This document shows positions 1-9,082 of a stretch of 64,000 bases of DNA, piece after piece. How positions within the stretch are numbered: the stretch's first letter is position 1; each line of letters begins with the position of its first letter. The notes under the pieces are model-generated. The model was not told the origin of the DNA. It did not search any database and saw only the letters and a program-made list of their open reading frames with translations. Source of the DNA: a virus; IMG/VR virus record IMGVR_UViG_3300029904_000004, positions 1 to 64,000 of that record; one strand, written 5' to 3'. Made by a program: the position numbers and the translations under genes.

Positions 1-39
1 AATTTCAAACCGGCTTGCAATTATCAAAATTTAGATAAA

Positions 40-258
40 ATGACAACAGTTACTTATTATCGCTTGCGAATCTCCAGGAGGTTGCGCAACGGGCAGTACG
101 ACCACAAGTATTCTAAGGAGTATTCATCAGTTGCTGAATTATTCAAGCAGCCTGGGTTTGCTAAATACTTAGAAGAAAACGTTGCTGGTAACATCTATGT
201 CTCACTTCACTTAGAAAGGCGTAGTGTAGTAGTAGAAGAGAAAGGGGGTGCCAAATGA
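40..258 (+). CDS. hypothetical protein (72 aa)
   Basis: ORF track. ATG start; the TGA stop overlaps the next ATG (ATGA at 255-258). Confidence 0.5.
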   Translation: MTTVTYYRLRISRRLRNGQYDHKYSKEYSSVAELFKQPGFAKYLEENVAGNIYVSLHLERRSVVVEEKGGAK

Positions 259-443
259 AGCACCTCTTTTCTCAAATAATGATAGCTCTCGCACTTATGT
301 GCGGAGCTGTCTTTATTGCCAGCGTGTTTGTTGCTTGTTTGTCGGATGACATCAATGTGATTCGTATAGGGTGTCTCATGTCGTGGGTTAGTAGCGGTTT
401 CGGGTTCTTATTCGCAGTATTCGGGACTGATTTATCTGACTAA
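255..443 (+). CDS. small membrane protein (62 aa, two hydrophobic helices)
   Basis: ORF track. Hydrophobic segments IMIALALMCGAVFIASVFVA and WVSSGFGFLFAVFG. A hairpin plus T-tract follows. Confidence 0.55.
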   Translation: MKHLFSQIMIALALMCGAVFIASVFVACLSDDINVIRIGCLMSWVSSGFGFLFAVFGTDLSD

Positions 444-447
444 GGGG

Positions 448-476
448 GTGCGCTTATGCGCACTCTCTTTTATTTT
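448..476 (+). terminator. intrinsic terminator-like hairpin
   Basis: GTGCGC-TTAT-GCGCAC stem-loop followed by a TCTCTTTTATTTT run, directly after the stop at 443. Confidence 0.55.
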
Positions 477-681
477 GCTTCTAAGGCGTTTAAATTACCT
501 CAGCGGTACAATTGTCCACCTAATAGGAGAAAACCCGTCAGATCGCTTTAAAATGCGTTTTAGAGGTGTTCTACAATACTGTATACCCAATCCGCTCAAT
601 TTCCCGGCTCACTTCGTTCGCTAATCTGTACACTTTACAGCAGTCCGCAGATTTTAAGTATAACCCTTAAATATTACCGAA

Positions 682-1260
682 ATGGATACTCAAGAGAAAA
701 TCAAAGCGTTGAGGAAGATGATTCTCGCATCAGGAGACCCGATGAAGATTCCAACACCTATCGAATGTGTGTATTTGATGAGTTACGCAGACCCTATCTT
801 CAGGGATGAAAATACCTTATACATCAACTACACTGCCGACTACGTTGACGCGTATGAAAAATACGACGACAAACTCGAATTGATATTATACGGCAAAAAA
901 GGATATGGAGTTGCAACAACATCGATGTTCGAGAATGAGGATGAAATCATCGACAAGCTGTACGAGCAACTATCTGGTAAGCCTATGACGTATTACGCGT
1001 TCATGCCATTCTTTCATTGGCGCGAATGTTGTGACAAGCGACCAGAAGACAACAAGAACTTACACGGAGATTACATTCTTGCGCACATCACGAAGACTAC
1101 AGATGGTGCATACGCATATCATCTGTACGCAGAAGTTCCGTGTCCTGCAAGTCAGCTTGTTCAGGCAGATTCTCCAGAAGAGCTCGAAAAGAAGATTGAC
1201 GAAATGATTAAAAATTTCGAAAATCCTGAATGGGTTTCGGAGCTTGAAAAAGCACTCTGA
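682..1260 (+). CDS. hypothetical protein, paralog of 3993..4502
   Basis: ORF track. The C-terminal ~90 aa are shared with 3993..4502 (YYAFMPFFHW, GDYxLA, KTTD, YAExPCPASQLV, EEL.KKI). Confidence 0.75.
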   Translation: MDTQEKIKALRKMILASGDPMKIPTPIECVYLMSYADPIFRDENTLYINYTADYVDAYEKYDDKLELILYGKKGYGVATTSMFENEDEIIDKLYEQLSGKPMTYYAFMPFFHWRECCDKRPEDNKNLHGDYILAHITKTTDGAYAYHLYAEVPCPASQLVQADSPEELEKKIDEMIKNFENPEWVSELEKAL

Positions 1261-1284
1261 ACGACGAACTTAGAGGGGTTTAAA

Positions 1285-1310
1285 GTATATATATTTATAT
1301 ATATATATAC
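1285..1310. repeat. TA-rich simple repeat
   Basis: The tract GTATATATATTTATATATATATATAC is seen directly in the intergenic region. Confidence 0.7.
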
Positions 1311-1317
1311 TTTATTT

Positions 1318-1440
1318 CCCTTGGCTTCGCTCGCTTCGCTCGCTACGCCCTTCCTTCCCAAGTCCGCCCAATTACAGCTCCGCTTCGCTTCGCTTCTGCA
1401 GCTAATTCCTACACTTTCCAGCAGCTCGCTTCGCTCACAT
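1318..1440. repeat. GC-rich CGCTTCG(CT) short tandem/dispersed repeats
   Basis: GGCTTCGCTCGCTTCGCTCGCT, CCGCTTCGCTTCGCTTCTGC and CTCGCTTCGCTCAC occur within 120 nt, in an otherwise AT-rich genome. Confidence 0.7.
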
Positions 1441-1501
1441 CAAAACGAAGTGCTATAGTGTTAATATATAGCTTATCATTCAACTTAAAAATTGCAAGAC
1501 T

Positions 1502-2158
1502 ATGTTGTACGATTACAGACTCCACGAATTGAAATTTGGACAAATTCAATCGGGAACAAACAAAGGCAAAGTGTTTATGGCAGGCATTGCTCGCAACACA
1601 AAGTTTAGAATGGACCAGACAAATGTCGTAATTCTCCCAGGAGTAGACGATGAACGAATACAAATGTGTCGTTCAGTCTTCCCTAAAGGGGATAAATGGC
1701 ACGGAACTGGAGACATCAACCCTGAGAAATTCAATTGGCGAGAAGCCGAGAAAAGTCTCAAGGACTTAGATGGCGAAGACTGGACTATTCTGAACAATGG
1801 CAAGATTGAGGATTATATTCTCCCAATCCCGCAATGCATGCAATACAACACTGATTTTGCAGAATTTAAGAAGGGTGACTGGATTACAAATCGGATGTCA
1901 GGCAAAGTACGTATATTTACCAAAATAAAAGTATTCTGCCTATATACAGACGATGAAAGCCAGCCAGTCAACGGATGGGACGCAGAAAGCAGGGCCCGTT
2001 CAAGACTCACCAACATGTATCCTGCAAACCTACTGTATCAGGAGCATCCAGAGCTATTTGACAAATTCGAGTTGGAACACGCATGCGGTTTCAAAATCGA
2101 TGATGTATCAGGCGAAAATGCTCCTGTAGAAACACCGAATAACGAAGAACCGTTCTAA
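1502..2158 (+). CDS. hypothetical protein (218 aa)
   Basis: ORF track. Long ORF followed by a strong terminator hairpin. Confidence 0.7.
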   Translation: MLYDYRLHELKFGQIQSGTNKGKVFMAGIARNTKFRMDQTNVVILPGVDDERIQMCRSVFPKGDKWHGTGDINPEKFNWREAEKSLKDLDGEDWTILNNGKIEDYILPIPQCMQYNTDFAEFKKGDWITNRMSGKVRIFTKIKVFCLYTDDESQPVNGWDAESRARSRLTNMYPANLLYQEHPELFDKFELEHACGFKIDDVSGENAPVETPNNEEPF

Positions 2159-2175
2159 TTTGGTAATTGCACTAA

Positions 2176-2213
2176 CCTCCTTGTAACGCGTCAGCGTTAC
2201 TTGGGGGTTTTTT
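2176..2213 (+). terminator. intrinsic terminator
   Basis: CCTCCTTGTAACGC-GTCA-GCGTTACTTGGGGG hairpin followed by TTTTTT. Confidence 0.7.
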
Positions 2214-2305
2214 CGAGGATCCTACATCTAAAACATCAAATACGCAATTTTAAAGTGGAATATCAACAAAAGAAATCTTACAAGATTAATCAATAATCAC
2301 GAGAT

Positions 2306-2545
2306 ATGAACGAATTTGTATATGTGGTATCACTTGTAGGTAAGCATGTGTTCCACGATTGGAGTATCAAATGTGTAATTAAACACATAGACGACTTAGA
2401 TAAAGTTCGTGCTTTGATTAAAGAAAATCACAACATTGAGTTTGAAGAATTATCATCACGCTCTTACAACGGTTGGTGGAGTTTTGACAATATCACCGAC
2501 AATAGAGACATAAAGCTCGTTGTTGAACGTGTTGATGTACTATAA
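2306..2545 (+). CDS. hypothetical protein (79 aa)
   Basis: ORF track. Confidence 0.55.
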   Translation: MNEFVYVVSLVGKHVFHDWSIKCVIKHIDDLDKVRALIKENHNIEFEELSSRSYNGWWSFDNITDNRDIKLVVERVDVL

Positions 2546-2732
2546 TCGTTATTGATGATTTAAATCAATATATCCTGAGTATGATATAAAACTACTCACT
2601 CTTTGTGTTCTGGAGTATAAACTAAACGTGGTTAATCACCAGGAGAATACTACGTGTTGGCAGCCTGGAATAGACAGGCATTATTTACTAACTTTTGAAC
2701 CTCGCACTGATTAGGTAAAGTGTAGAATAGCT

Positions 2733-3182
2733 ATGAGATACGTTGTAAATATCGATCCTGTCACTAATTTATCAAGTGATAAAAACTTCTTCTTTGGCAC
2801 TGGTTTCCTGGGTGCAGAGTTTTCTACTAAGAAGGAATTGACAGAGCTTCTTTACAAGTATGCAACCATTGAGAAGGATGGAAAACGCTACTGGAGAGAG
2901 TATATCAAACTCTCTTTTTCTCTTGCTTCTACTATCTCCTCTATTAAAGAAGAGGGTGATAGGCAGGCTAAAGAGAATGGTGTTGTTAACCTATTCACCG
3001 CTTGTCTTGCTGCAAAGAAAGACCCGTTTTACGGTATTCATGTCTATTATCGTCCTGCTGGATGGTTAGATGAGAATGGGAATGTCTTTAAATTTGTGGT
3101 TGAGAAAGGAAAGGAGTTAACTCCTAACTACGGTAAACTATCTAATATCCTTAAAGAACTTGGTATAGAGATTGAGCAATGA
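2733..3182 (+). CDS. hypothetical protein (149 aa)
   Basis: ORF track. The stop overlaps the next start (ATGA). Confidence 0.65.
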   Translation: MRYVVNIDPVTNLSSDKNFFFGTGFLGAEFSTKKELTELLYKYATIEKDGKRYWREYIKLSFSLASTISSIKEEGDRQAKENGVVNLFTACLAAKKDPFYGIHVYYRPAGWLDENGNVFKFVVEKGKELTPNYGKLSNILKELGIEIEQ

Positions 3183-3436
3183 AAAGGATAACTGACTATT
3201 GCAGCAGGGTCTGGGTAAATCCCGAAGATTCTGCTGCTACTGGTAGTATTGTTTGTTATGACGGTTATATGGATGATGAGAGGATTTCCTTTATGGAAAT
3301 AGCCTCTTGTCATTCTAAGGCCAGGTTACATCAATACAAGGATAGTACACCAGAAGAGTTTTTGAGTAAGCTCAAGCTAGTTAGAGAGGAATTGGATAAG
3401 TTTATTAACCATTTAGAAGAACAACTATGTATATAG
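3179..3436 (+). CDS. hypothetical protein (85 aa), terminates on TAG
   Basis: ORF track. The final codons are TGT ATA TAG. Confidence 0.6.
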   Translation: MKRITDYCSRVWVNPEDSAATGSIVCYDGYMDDERISFMEIASCHSKARLHQYKDSTPEEFLSKLKLVREELDKFINHLEEQLCI

Positions 3437-3669
3437 CATTTCCCCCTTCAAAAATCGTTGCGTTCTATAGATACAGAACAGCATTGGTATTTGGCTTTAG
3501 TATTTCGGATGTAGATGAAACTACTCTACGTATTGTTCGAAGAGTATTAAAGCGAAATGGATATGAAATGGATAATCATATCTGTTGGACAACTGAAGAT
3601 GGTCTTTCTTACATGTGGTCTGATGGAAGATTAACCGTAGGAACTAACCTGGTTGTGAGAAACTGGTAA
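3427..3669 (+). CDS. hypothetical protein (80 aa)
   Basis: ORF track. Confidence 0.5.
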   Translation: MYIAFPPSKIVAFYRYRTALVFGFSISDVDETTLRIVRRVLKRNGYEMDNHICWTTEDGLSYMWSDGRLTVGTNLVVRNW

Positions 3670-3751
3670 TATACAGAAAGCCAGCGCTGTAAAGACTGGC
3701 ACATTTTCTAATAATCTTAAAACTCGCGATGGTGGTTAATCGCAGAACAAC

Positions 3752-3985
3752 ATGAGACAGTATTTTTATCTCGTAGGACACGACATCGTAGGTGATGATT
3801 TTGTTGCTGATAAGATTTTCTTGCAGGAACATGAAGCACTGAGATGGGGAAGGAAGCTTGCTACTAAAAATCCTGATTATAGTGTTAAACTGTATAAGCA
3901 GGAAATTACTAGAACTGGCAAATTGAAGTTTGTAAAACAGCTCAAAGCTTTCCTAACACCAGAAATCGATAATAATCAATATTAA
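3752..3985 (+). CDS. hypothetical protein (77 aa)
   Basis: ORF track. Confidence 0.55.
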   Translation: MRQYFYLVGHDIVGDDFVADKIFLQEHEALRWGRKLATKNPDYSVKLYKQEITRTGKLKFVKQLKAFLTPEIDNNQY

Positions 3986-3992
3986 TCGAAAT

Positions 3993-4502
3993 ATGGAAAC
4001 AAAAGACAAAATCATCCAGTTATTAAACACCACAAAGACTGGTAGTGTGAAAATACTTGTAAGTATGACTTATGAACACAGTTCAAGTTATACGACAACT
4101 ATTATGGCACGCAAGGTAAGCTTGTTAGGTAAGAATGACCTCTGTATAACGAATATAAATGGTAATTTATATCCTATCAGTGACCGAATTCGTAACAGAG
4201 ATGGAGTATTAGACGCTATACTTTCGCAAGTTATGACCGCTACTAATAAGCAAAAGTACTATGCGTTTATGCCATTCTTTCATTGGGGTGAGATAATGGA
4301 TGAAAAACCTGAACCAGATGGTGTAAAGGTATTTGGTGATTACGTGTTGGCAAATATTTGTAAGACAACAGATTACAATCTTGCCATGACTCTTTATGCT
4401 GAAACTCCTTGTCCTGCAAGTCAATTAGTTGAAGCAAACTCTTGGGAAGAACTCGATGAAAAAATTGAGGAAACGAAAAAGCTTTTTGACAAGCGAGAAT
4501 AA
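3993..4502 (+). CDS. hypothetical protein, paralog of 682..1260
   Basis: ORF track. Shares the C-terminal motif block with 682..1260. Confidence 0.75.
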   Translation: METKDKIIQLLNTTKTGSVKILVSMTYEHSSSYTTTIMARKVSLLGKNDLCITNINGNLYPISDRIRNRDGVLDAILSQVMTATNKQKYYAFMPFFHWGEIMDEKPEPDGVKVFGDYVLANICKTTDYNLAMTLYAETPCPASQLVEANSWEELDEKIEETKKLFDKRE

Positions 4503-4530
4503 GTTAACGAACTTGAAAAATATCTATAAC

Positions 4531-4809
4531 ATGACTAACAAAGCCAAAAACAGCCTAATATTTACATTAATTGTATTATTGGGTGTGAGTATTTTCTGCA
4601 ACTTGTATCAATCACATTGTTGGAGTAAAGCTTGCGAGCTCGTTGAATGTTATGACCGTGTAGTAGACACAATTGACGATGATTATTTTTTGGATGTCAT
4701 TTGTACAACAGATGAATGGAGAAATCTTCAGAATTGCGTCGAACGTAATCATCTTGGGTGTGGTTGTCCTAAAGATATCATGCCCATAGATAGTCCTGAG
4801 CAAGACTAA
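4531..4809 (+). CDS. membrane-anchored Cys-rich small protein
   Basis: In-frame ATG inside track ORF 4429..4809, chosen to avoid overlap with 3993..4502. N-terminal hydrophobic helix (LIFTLIVLLGVSIFC), then several Cys. Confidence 0.55.
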   Translation: MTNKAKNSLIFTLIVLLGVSIFCNLYQSHCWSKACELVECYDRVVDTIDDDYFLDVICTTDEWRNLQNCVERNHLGCGCPKDIMPIDSPEQD

Positions 4810-4843
4810 AACTGCTCATATTGCTAACTTATGATGATTAAGT

Positions 4844-5035
4844 ATGACTACAAATAGACAAAAAGCTGCTGTTCACTTTTGTGAACAATGGCTCCATGTT
4901 ACCTTTGAAGGTGATATCAATGACTTTCAACAAGTAAGTCACTTTTTGTCAATTTACTTAGACGAGGCTAAAAGTCTCTATAATGAAGTCAGATGCGAAT
5001 ATGAATCTTATTTATGGGATTTAATGATGGATTAA
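4844..5035 (+). CDS. hypothetical protein (63 aa)
   Basis: ORF track. Confidence 0.5.
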   Translation: MTTNRQKAAVHFCEQWLHVTFEGDINDFQQVSHFLSIYLDEAKSLYNEVRCEYESYLWDLMMD

Positions 5036-5381
5036 CGTGGAATCAATCAAGTATAGTTCCGAACCTTGCAGGGGCAAGCACAATTCTCAGTGTAATTGAG
5101 AGAGTAGTCTATGATGAGGACGAATATAAATCATCACGTTAAAAACACTTATATTAAGTGGGAAGTTCTACGTAAACTGAACAAATACGATATTCAATAT
5201 GCATAAATTGAATATCCTGCATAATGTACGACGGCAAAGTATGTATATGTAGATTCAAGCAGCAAAATGCAAAATAATGCTGAAGGATGTAGTCGCTACC
5301 TGACAAGCGGTAACCCAGGCCTAACGTATATTTGTGCCTTACGGGTGAATATGTTCGCCAAAACATAGTCAGATTTGCAGT

Positions 5382-5420
5382 GTAGGGGAGATTGTACAGT
5401 CTCCTCTACATTTTTAATTT
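5382..5420 (+). terminator. intrinsic terminator-like hairpin inside an ORF-poor spacer
   Basis: 10-bp stem GTAGGGGAGA/TCTCCTCTAC with an 8-nt loop, followed by ATTTTTAATTT. Confidence 0.55.
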
Positions 5421-5555
5421 GGTTATTCACGCAACAGTATATACTTTGACTACGTTTGCCATCAAGGCATACTGCGAATAATAGTAACAGTAGTTTAAAA
5501 TGTAGGTATTGCCTATAGAAATAGGACACAAAGCCTCAAATGGCGCAAATAAATC

Positions 5556-5801
5556 ATGCTTACAAAACAGATTGAGACATCACATTTTATAGCGTGTTTT
5601 AATAAGAATTATTCATTGTGTTCAATCGAGTCTGATGAAAAAGCAGAGAGTGTACCAGGTGTAACTGAATGTGTATACGATATTATAAATACATATCGTG
5701 GACAACAGTTCGATACATGTCAGTATGACCTGCACGAAGAGCTTGCTTCATTAGACAAAGATATTGACGAATACATCAAAGCTCACCCTGCTAATGAATA
5801 A
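5556..5801 (+). CDS. hypothetical protein (81 aa)
   Basis: ORF track. Confidence 0.55.
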   Translation: MLTKQIETSHFIACFNKNYSLCSIESDEKAESVPGVTECVYDIINTYRGQQFDTCQYDLHEELASLDKDIDEYIKAHPANE

Positions 5802-6156
5802 GGCTTATTATGCTCAATTTGGGGACATGAAATGTGTTGTTAAACCAACAATATTCATGGCTCAATTAGACACATTGTACTTATCGATTTACATTAATCA
5901 TCGTGTTAGTGAAAAAGTATATGGTACAATACTCTGGAATTATACGAATAATCTTCGTATAGTGGAATGGTTACAATTGCGAAAATATGACAAAATAACA
6001 TTTGCTATAGATTTGCAAGATAAACAAAAGACGATATATAAAGCGTATCCACAACCGCATATTGTCAAAATCCCTTATCGTTATCTACCAATATATAGTG
6101 TAGAAGACGCAATACGCATGTTACAAAACGCAATCGAGAAATTGTATACAGCATGA
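5794..6156 (+). CDS. hypothetical protein (~120 aa)
   Basis: Track ORF 5764..6156. I prefer the internal ATG at 5794, which overlaps the upstream stop (ATGAATAA). Confidence 0.6.
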   Translation: MNKAYYAQFGDMKCVVKPTIFMAQLDTLYLSIYINHRVSEKVYGTILWNYTNNLRIVEWLQLRKYDKITFAIDLQDKQKTIYKAYPQPHIVKIPYRYLPIYSVEDAIRMLQNAIEKLYTA

Positions 6157-6398
6157 AACGCTTATATTTAATTCTACCAGCTTTGGAATTTTATGCTTCG
6201 TGTGCAGGTATAGCTTTAATCGTGCTTTCTGCAGATTATATTCTATCACTGTCACTCAACGCGATAATTGCAGTATTATTTTTATTCGCCATATTTTGTT
6301 TGTGTATAATATCATTAACCAAGATACTAACAGACGAAGAATGGGAATATATAACACTGTATCACTGGTGGAAACAGTTATTCAAAAACGAAAACTAA
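6153..6398 (+). CDS. small membrane protein (81 aa)
   Basis: ORF track. Two or three hydrophobic helices; ATGA overlap with the previous gene. Confidence 0.6.
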   Translation: MKRLYLILPALEFYASCAGIALIVLSADYILSLSLNAIIAVLFLFAIFCLCIISLTKILTDEEWEYITLYHWWKQLFKNEN

Positions 6399-6567
6399 AA
6401 CAGTTGTGATGGTAACCCTAATGGAGGGCCGGATTAAGAAAAAAATATCGATTCACAACGTCTCCTAAATATGAGATGATAAACTATTTCGTATGTTAAC
6501 GCGTAAAGTAAACATCCACCTGAGCATGTGGCAATAAACTGCTCATTTCACCTAAATCATTATCAAA

Positions 6568-7137
6568 ATGACTGAAGAAAAACTAATCAATGGCTATAAG
6601 TGCTGTTTTCAAGATTTAAGAAAAGCTCCTGAATGTAATTTCATTAGCATTCCGATTGTACACGATGCCAAATACAACAATGTTTATTTCGCTATTGGAT
6701 TTACTCCTGAAGAGAAAGAAACATTTGGCAAACGTATACAATTAATAGGATCTTCAACACATCCTATTAAGGAAGGACATTTTGCTGTATCCGTATTTAC
6801 GTTCACGTATATGGAAGATGATGATCTTAAATTTATCAAGAAAAAAGTTACATTTTTCTTCAAAGAAAGGAAGAGTGTATTAATAGAAAAAGATCAAATG
6901 TCCACATCTAAAGCACCAGAAGTACTGACATTATACAATCATGGTTGTAGCAAACTTATAACTGTTAAATTAATAAGAAACTATCTCAACATGGGATTGA
7001 GCGAAGCAAAAAACTCTATAGATTCAATGTCTATAACGGGATATGTAAATTATGATTTATCAGAGCTTTCTGAAACAGAAAGACTAAGTTTGTTAAAAGA
7101 TCTTAAATCAAACGACGTAAAATACGAGGTAAAATGA
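6568..7137 (+). CDS. hypothetical protein with a ribosomal L7/L12 C-terminal-domain-like tail
   Basis: ORF track. The C-terminal ~70 aa (KLITVKLIRNYLNMGLSEAKNSIDS...LLKDLKSNDVKYEVK) parallel E. coli L7/L12 ([25 protein letters not shown]...[15 protein letters not shown], recalled from memory). Conserved leader AAATCATTATCAAAATG. Confidence 0.7.
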   Translation: MTEEKLINGYKCCFQDLRKAPECNFISIPIVHDAKYNNVYFAIGFTPEEKETFGKRIQLIGSSTHPIKEGHFAVSVFTFTYMEDDDLKFIKKKVTFFFKERKSVLIEKDQMSTSKAPEVLTLYNHGCSKLITVKLIRNYLNMGLSEAKNSIDSMSITGYVNYDLSELSETERLSLLKDLKSNDVKYEVK

Positions 7138-7180
7138 AAATTAACTCATACTTTATGTTCAACTATTAAATATATGCAAA

Positions 7181-7687
7181 GTGGAAAAGATTAATTTGTG
7201 TAATTGTAATGTGTGGAATTTTGGAGAACCAGAAAAATATTATTTCTCCATATTCATACCTGTTGGTCTACATGATGTGACTTCTGTAGAAAAACCAGAA
7301 GAATTGAAAATACATGGTTCTTACATGTTGCCCGAAGGAGATTTGTACATATTTGAAACAGATGACCCATGTCATGATGAAAACTACATTCGTAGTAAAG
7401 TAACATTCATCATATATAAAGAATGTATACAAATATCCATAGACAAACGCGACATGCCTGGAGAAGAAGTTACACAAAAATTAAACCTTGTATTTGAAAA
7501 GATGAAAGGGTTTGATGAAATGGACTTCGATACCTTTTGTATGAACTTATGTGGGAATTGCAACAAACAAATGGTGTACAATTTTCCATACTCTGAACGC
7601 GTTAATGTAGTAGACATCGTAAAAATACTTAATGATGCCGGTATTAACACAACGATGAGATTACGATTTAATCGACCTGTAGCATGA
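7181..7687 (+). CDS. hypothetical protein (168 aa)
   Basis: ORF track (GTG start). Confidence 0.6.
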   Translation: MEKINLCNCNVWNFGEPEKYYFSIFIPVGLHDVTSVEKPEELKIHGSYMLPEGDLYIFETDDPCHDENYIRSKVTFIIYKECIQISIDKRDMPGEEVTQKLNLVFEKMKGFDEMDFDTFCMNLCGNCNKQMVYNFPYSERVNVVDIVKILNDAGINTTMRLRFNRPVA

Positions 7688-8196
7688 AAACATACAAGTA
7701 TTTAATCGCAGAACATTGTAAAGACGGTTATTATTTATTCAATACTGTCGCAGCAATTTCAACAATAGATGCCCGTAAGTACAGAGATTATGTTTTTGGA
7801 TATGATATAGCACACGATGTTATAAAACACGTGTATGTATTTCCAAAAATGGTTCACTTATGTTTATCAACAATACATGTCAGTGAAGTCGAGTACTATA
7901 AACTGAAGTATACAAAATCGTTGAAAATAAAGAAAACTCCTGCAAATATACGAACTGCACAAAATGCAATAAAAGCAAATAATCTATTCATAAAGCAATT
8001 GAATGAGTATTTTAGTTCTATCTATAAGAGTCATACTCGTGCAAGAAAAGCTTGTTGTAATGAAGATTGTATAATTTTTGCTTATTTTAAATCAAAAACT
8101 GATTATAAGTATGCAGTTTGTAAACTTAGTGTAAACATGAATGGTGATTATATTTTAATATATCAGCGAGAATTAATAACACTCAAAGATGACTGA
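7684..8196 (+). CDS. hypothetical protein (170 aa)
   Basis: ORF track; ATGA overlap. Confidence 0.65.
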   Translation: MKTYKYLIAEHCKDGYYLFNTVAAISTIDARKYRDYVFGYDIAHDVIKHVYVFPKMVHLCLSTIHVSEVEYYKLKYTKSLKIKKTPANIRTAQNAIKANNLFIKQLNEYFSSIYKSHTRARKACCNEDCIIFAYFKSKTDYKYAVCKLSVNMNGDYILIYQRELITLKDD

Positions 8197-8407
8197 TAAC
8201 GTAAGAATACGAAATCAAGTAAATCCCCCAGAACGCGTAGTACGTAATAAATGGGGTAAAAAACCTGGCTGGAAAATCTATTTTAAAAAAGATGGGAACA
8301 GCATGCTCTTATTCAGCGGATTGCAACGTCATATAGCGTTTGTTCGCTGTAACACTCTCAAGCGTATTTATAACGATTGGCGTGGTAAATTTATAATCAC
8401 GAGATAA
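8189..8407 (+). CDS. hypothetical basic protein (72 aa)
   Basis: ORF track. Confidence 0.5.
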   Translation: MTDNVRIRNQVNPPERVVRNKWGKKPGWKIYFKKDGNSMLLFSGLQRHIAFVRCNTLKRIYNDWRGKFIITR

Positions 8408-8410
8408 GGT

Positions 8411-8650
8411 ATGTCAAAATACAAATGTGGACAATTCATATCAATGCATGATAGAAAAGATAATAAGTGGTTATGCAGAATTGTACGATGTCTTTCTATA
8501 AGAGACATTTGTGATACGTGTGATTTCCATAACGAATCAGATGATATATGCAAATGTGTTGCTAGAAGTGACGATAAACAAAAATGTATTTTACATATAC
8601 CAGTATTATCGACAATCAAAAAGATAAGAATATGTCAAAAAAAGGAGTGA
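8411..8650 (+). CDS. Cys-rich small protein (79 aa)
   Basis: ORF track. Multiple Cys residues, with a CxxC pair (CDTC), suggest a zinc-ribbon-like fold. Confidence 0.5.
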   Translation: MSKYKCGQFISMHDRKDNKWLCRIVRCLSIRDICDTCDFHNESDDICKCVARSDDKQKCILHIPVLSTIKKIRICQKKE

Positions 8651-8913
8651 CACGTATTCAAAGCCAAAAAGAGCTTGAATTACGTAGATATCATGCTCAA
8701 GTACGTAAATTACGTGAATTATGTAACAACAATAATATATGTTTGAATACGTACAGTGAAGCAGATGACAGTATGAAATGTGTATTATCTAAATCAGATT
8801 ACGAAATAGGTGATACAAAACCGTATTGTTGTGAAGAAAATGAAAATTACTTTGTAACCGAAAGTGATTTAGAAAAACTTGACAAATTGCGAAACTATGA
8901 AGAAGATTTTTAA
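8632..8913 (+). CDS. hypothetical protein (~93 aa)
   Basis: Internal ATG of track ORF 8584..8913, chosen to minimise overlap. Confidence 0.5.
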   Translation: MSKKGVTRIQSQKELELRRYHAQVRKLRELCNNNNICLNTYSEADDSMKCVLSKSDYEIGDTKPYCCEENENYFVTESDLEKLDKLRNYEEDF

Positions 8914-9082
8914 ATATCTTTGTGCAATACTATTAACATTATTTGTTATGGTATTTATACATGCAATAGCTGTTGTTAATTATGCACAAATGACATTTTT
9001 AGGAGCATTCTTCACATGTGTTTCTATAATTGTTATAGTGCTGATTACAGTAATTGCGATATGTAATTTGTTGTCAGATTAA
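8879..9082 (+). CDS. small membrane protein (67 aa)
   Basis: ORF track; two hydrophobic helices. Confidence 0.55.
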   Translation: MTNCETMKKIFKYLCAILLTLFVMVFIHAIAVVNYAQMTFLGAFFTCVSIIVIVLITVIAICNLLSD

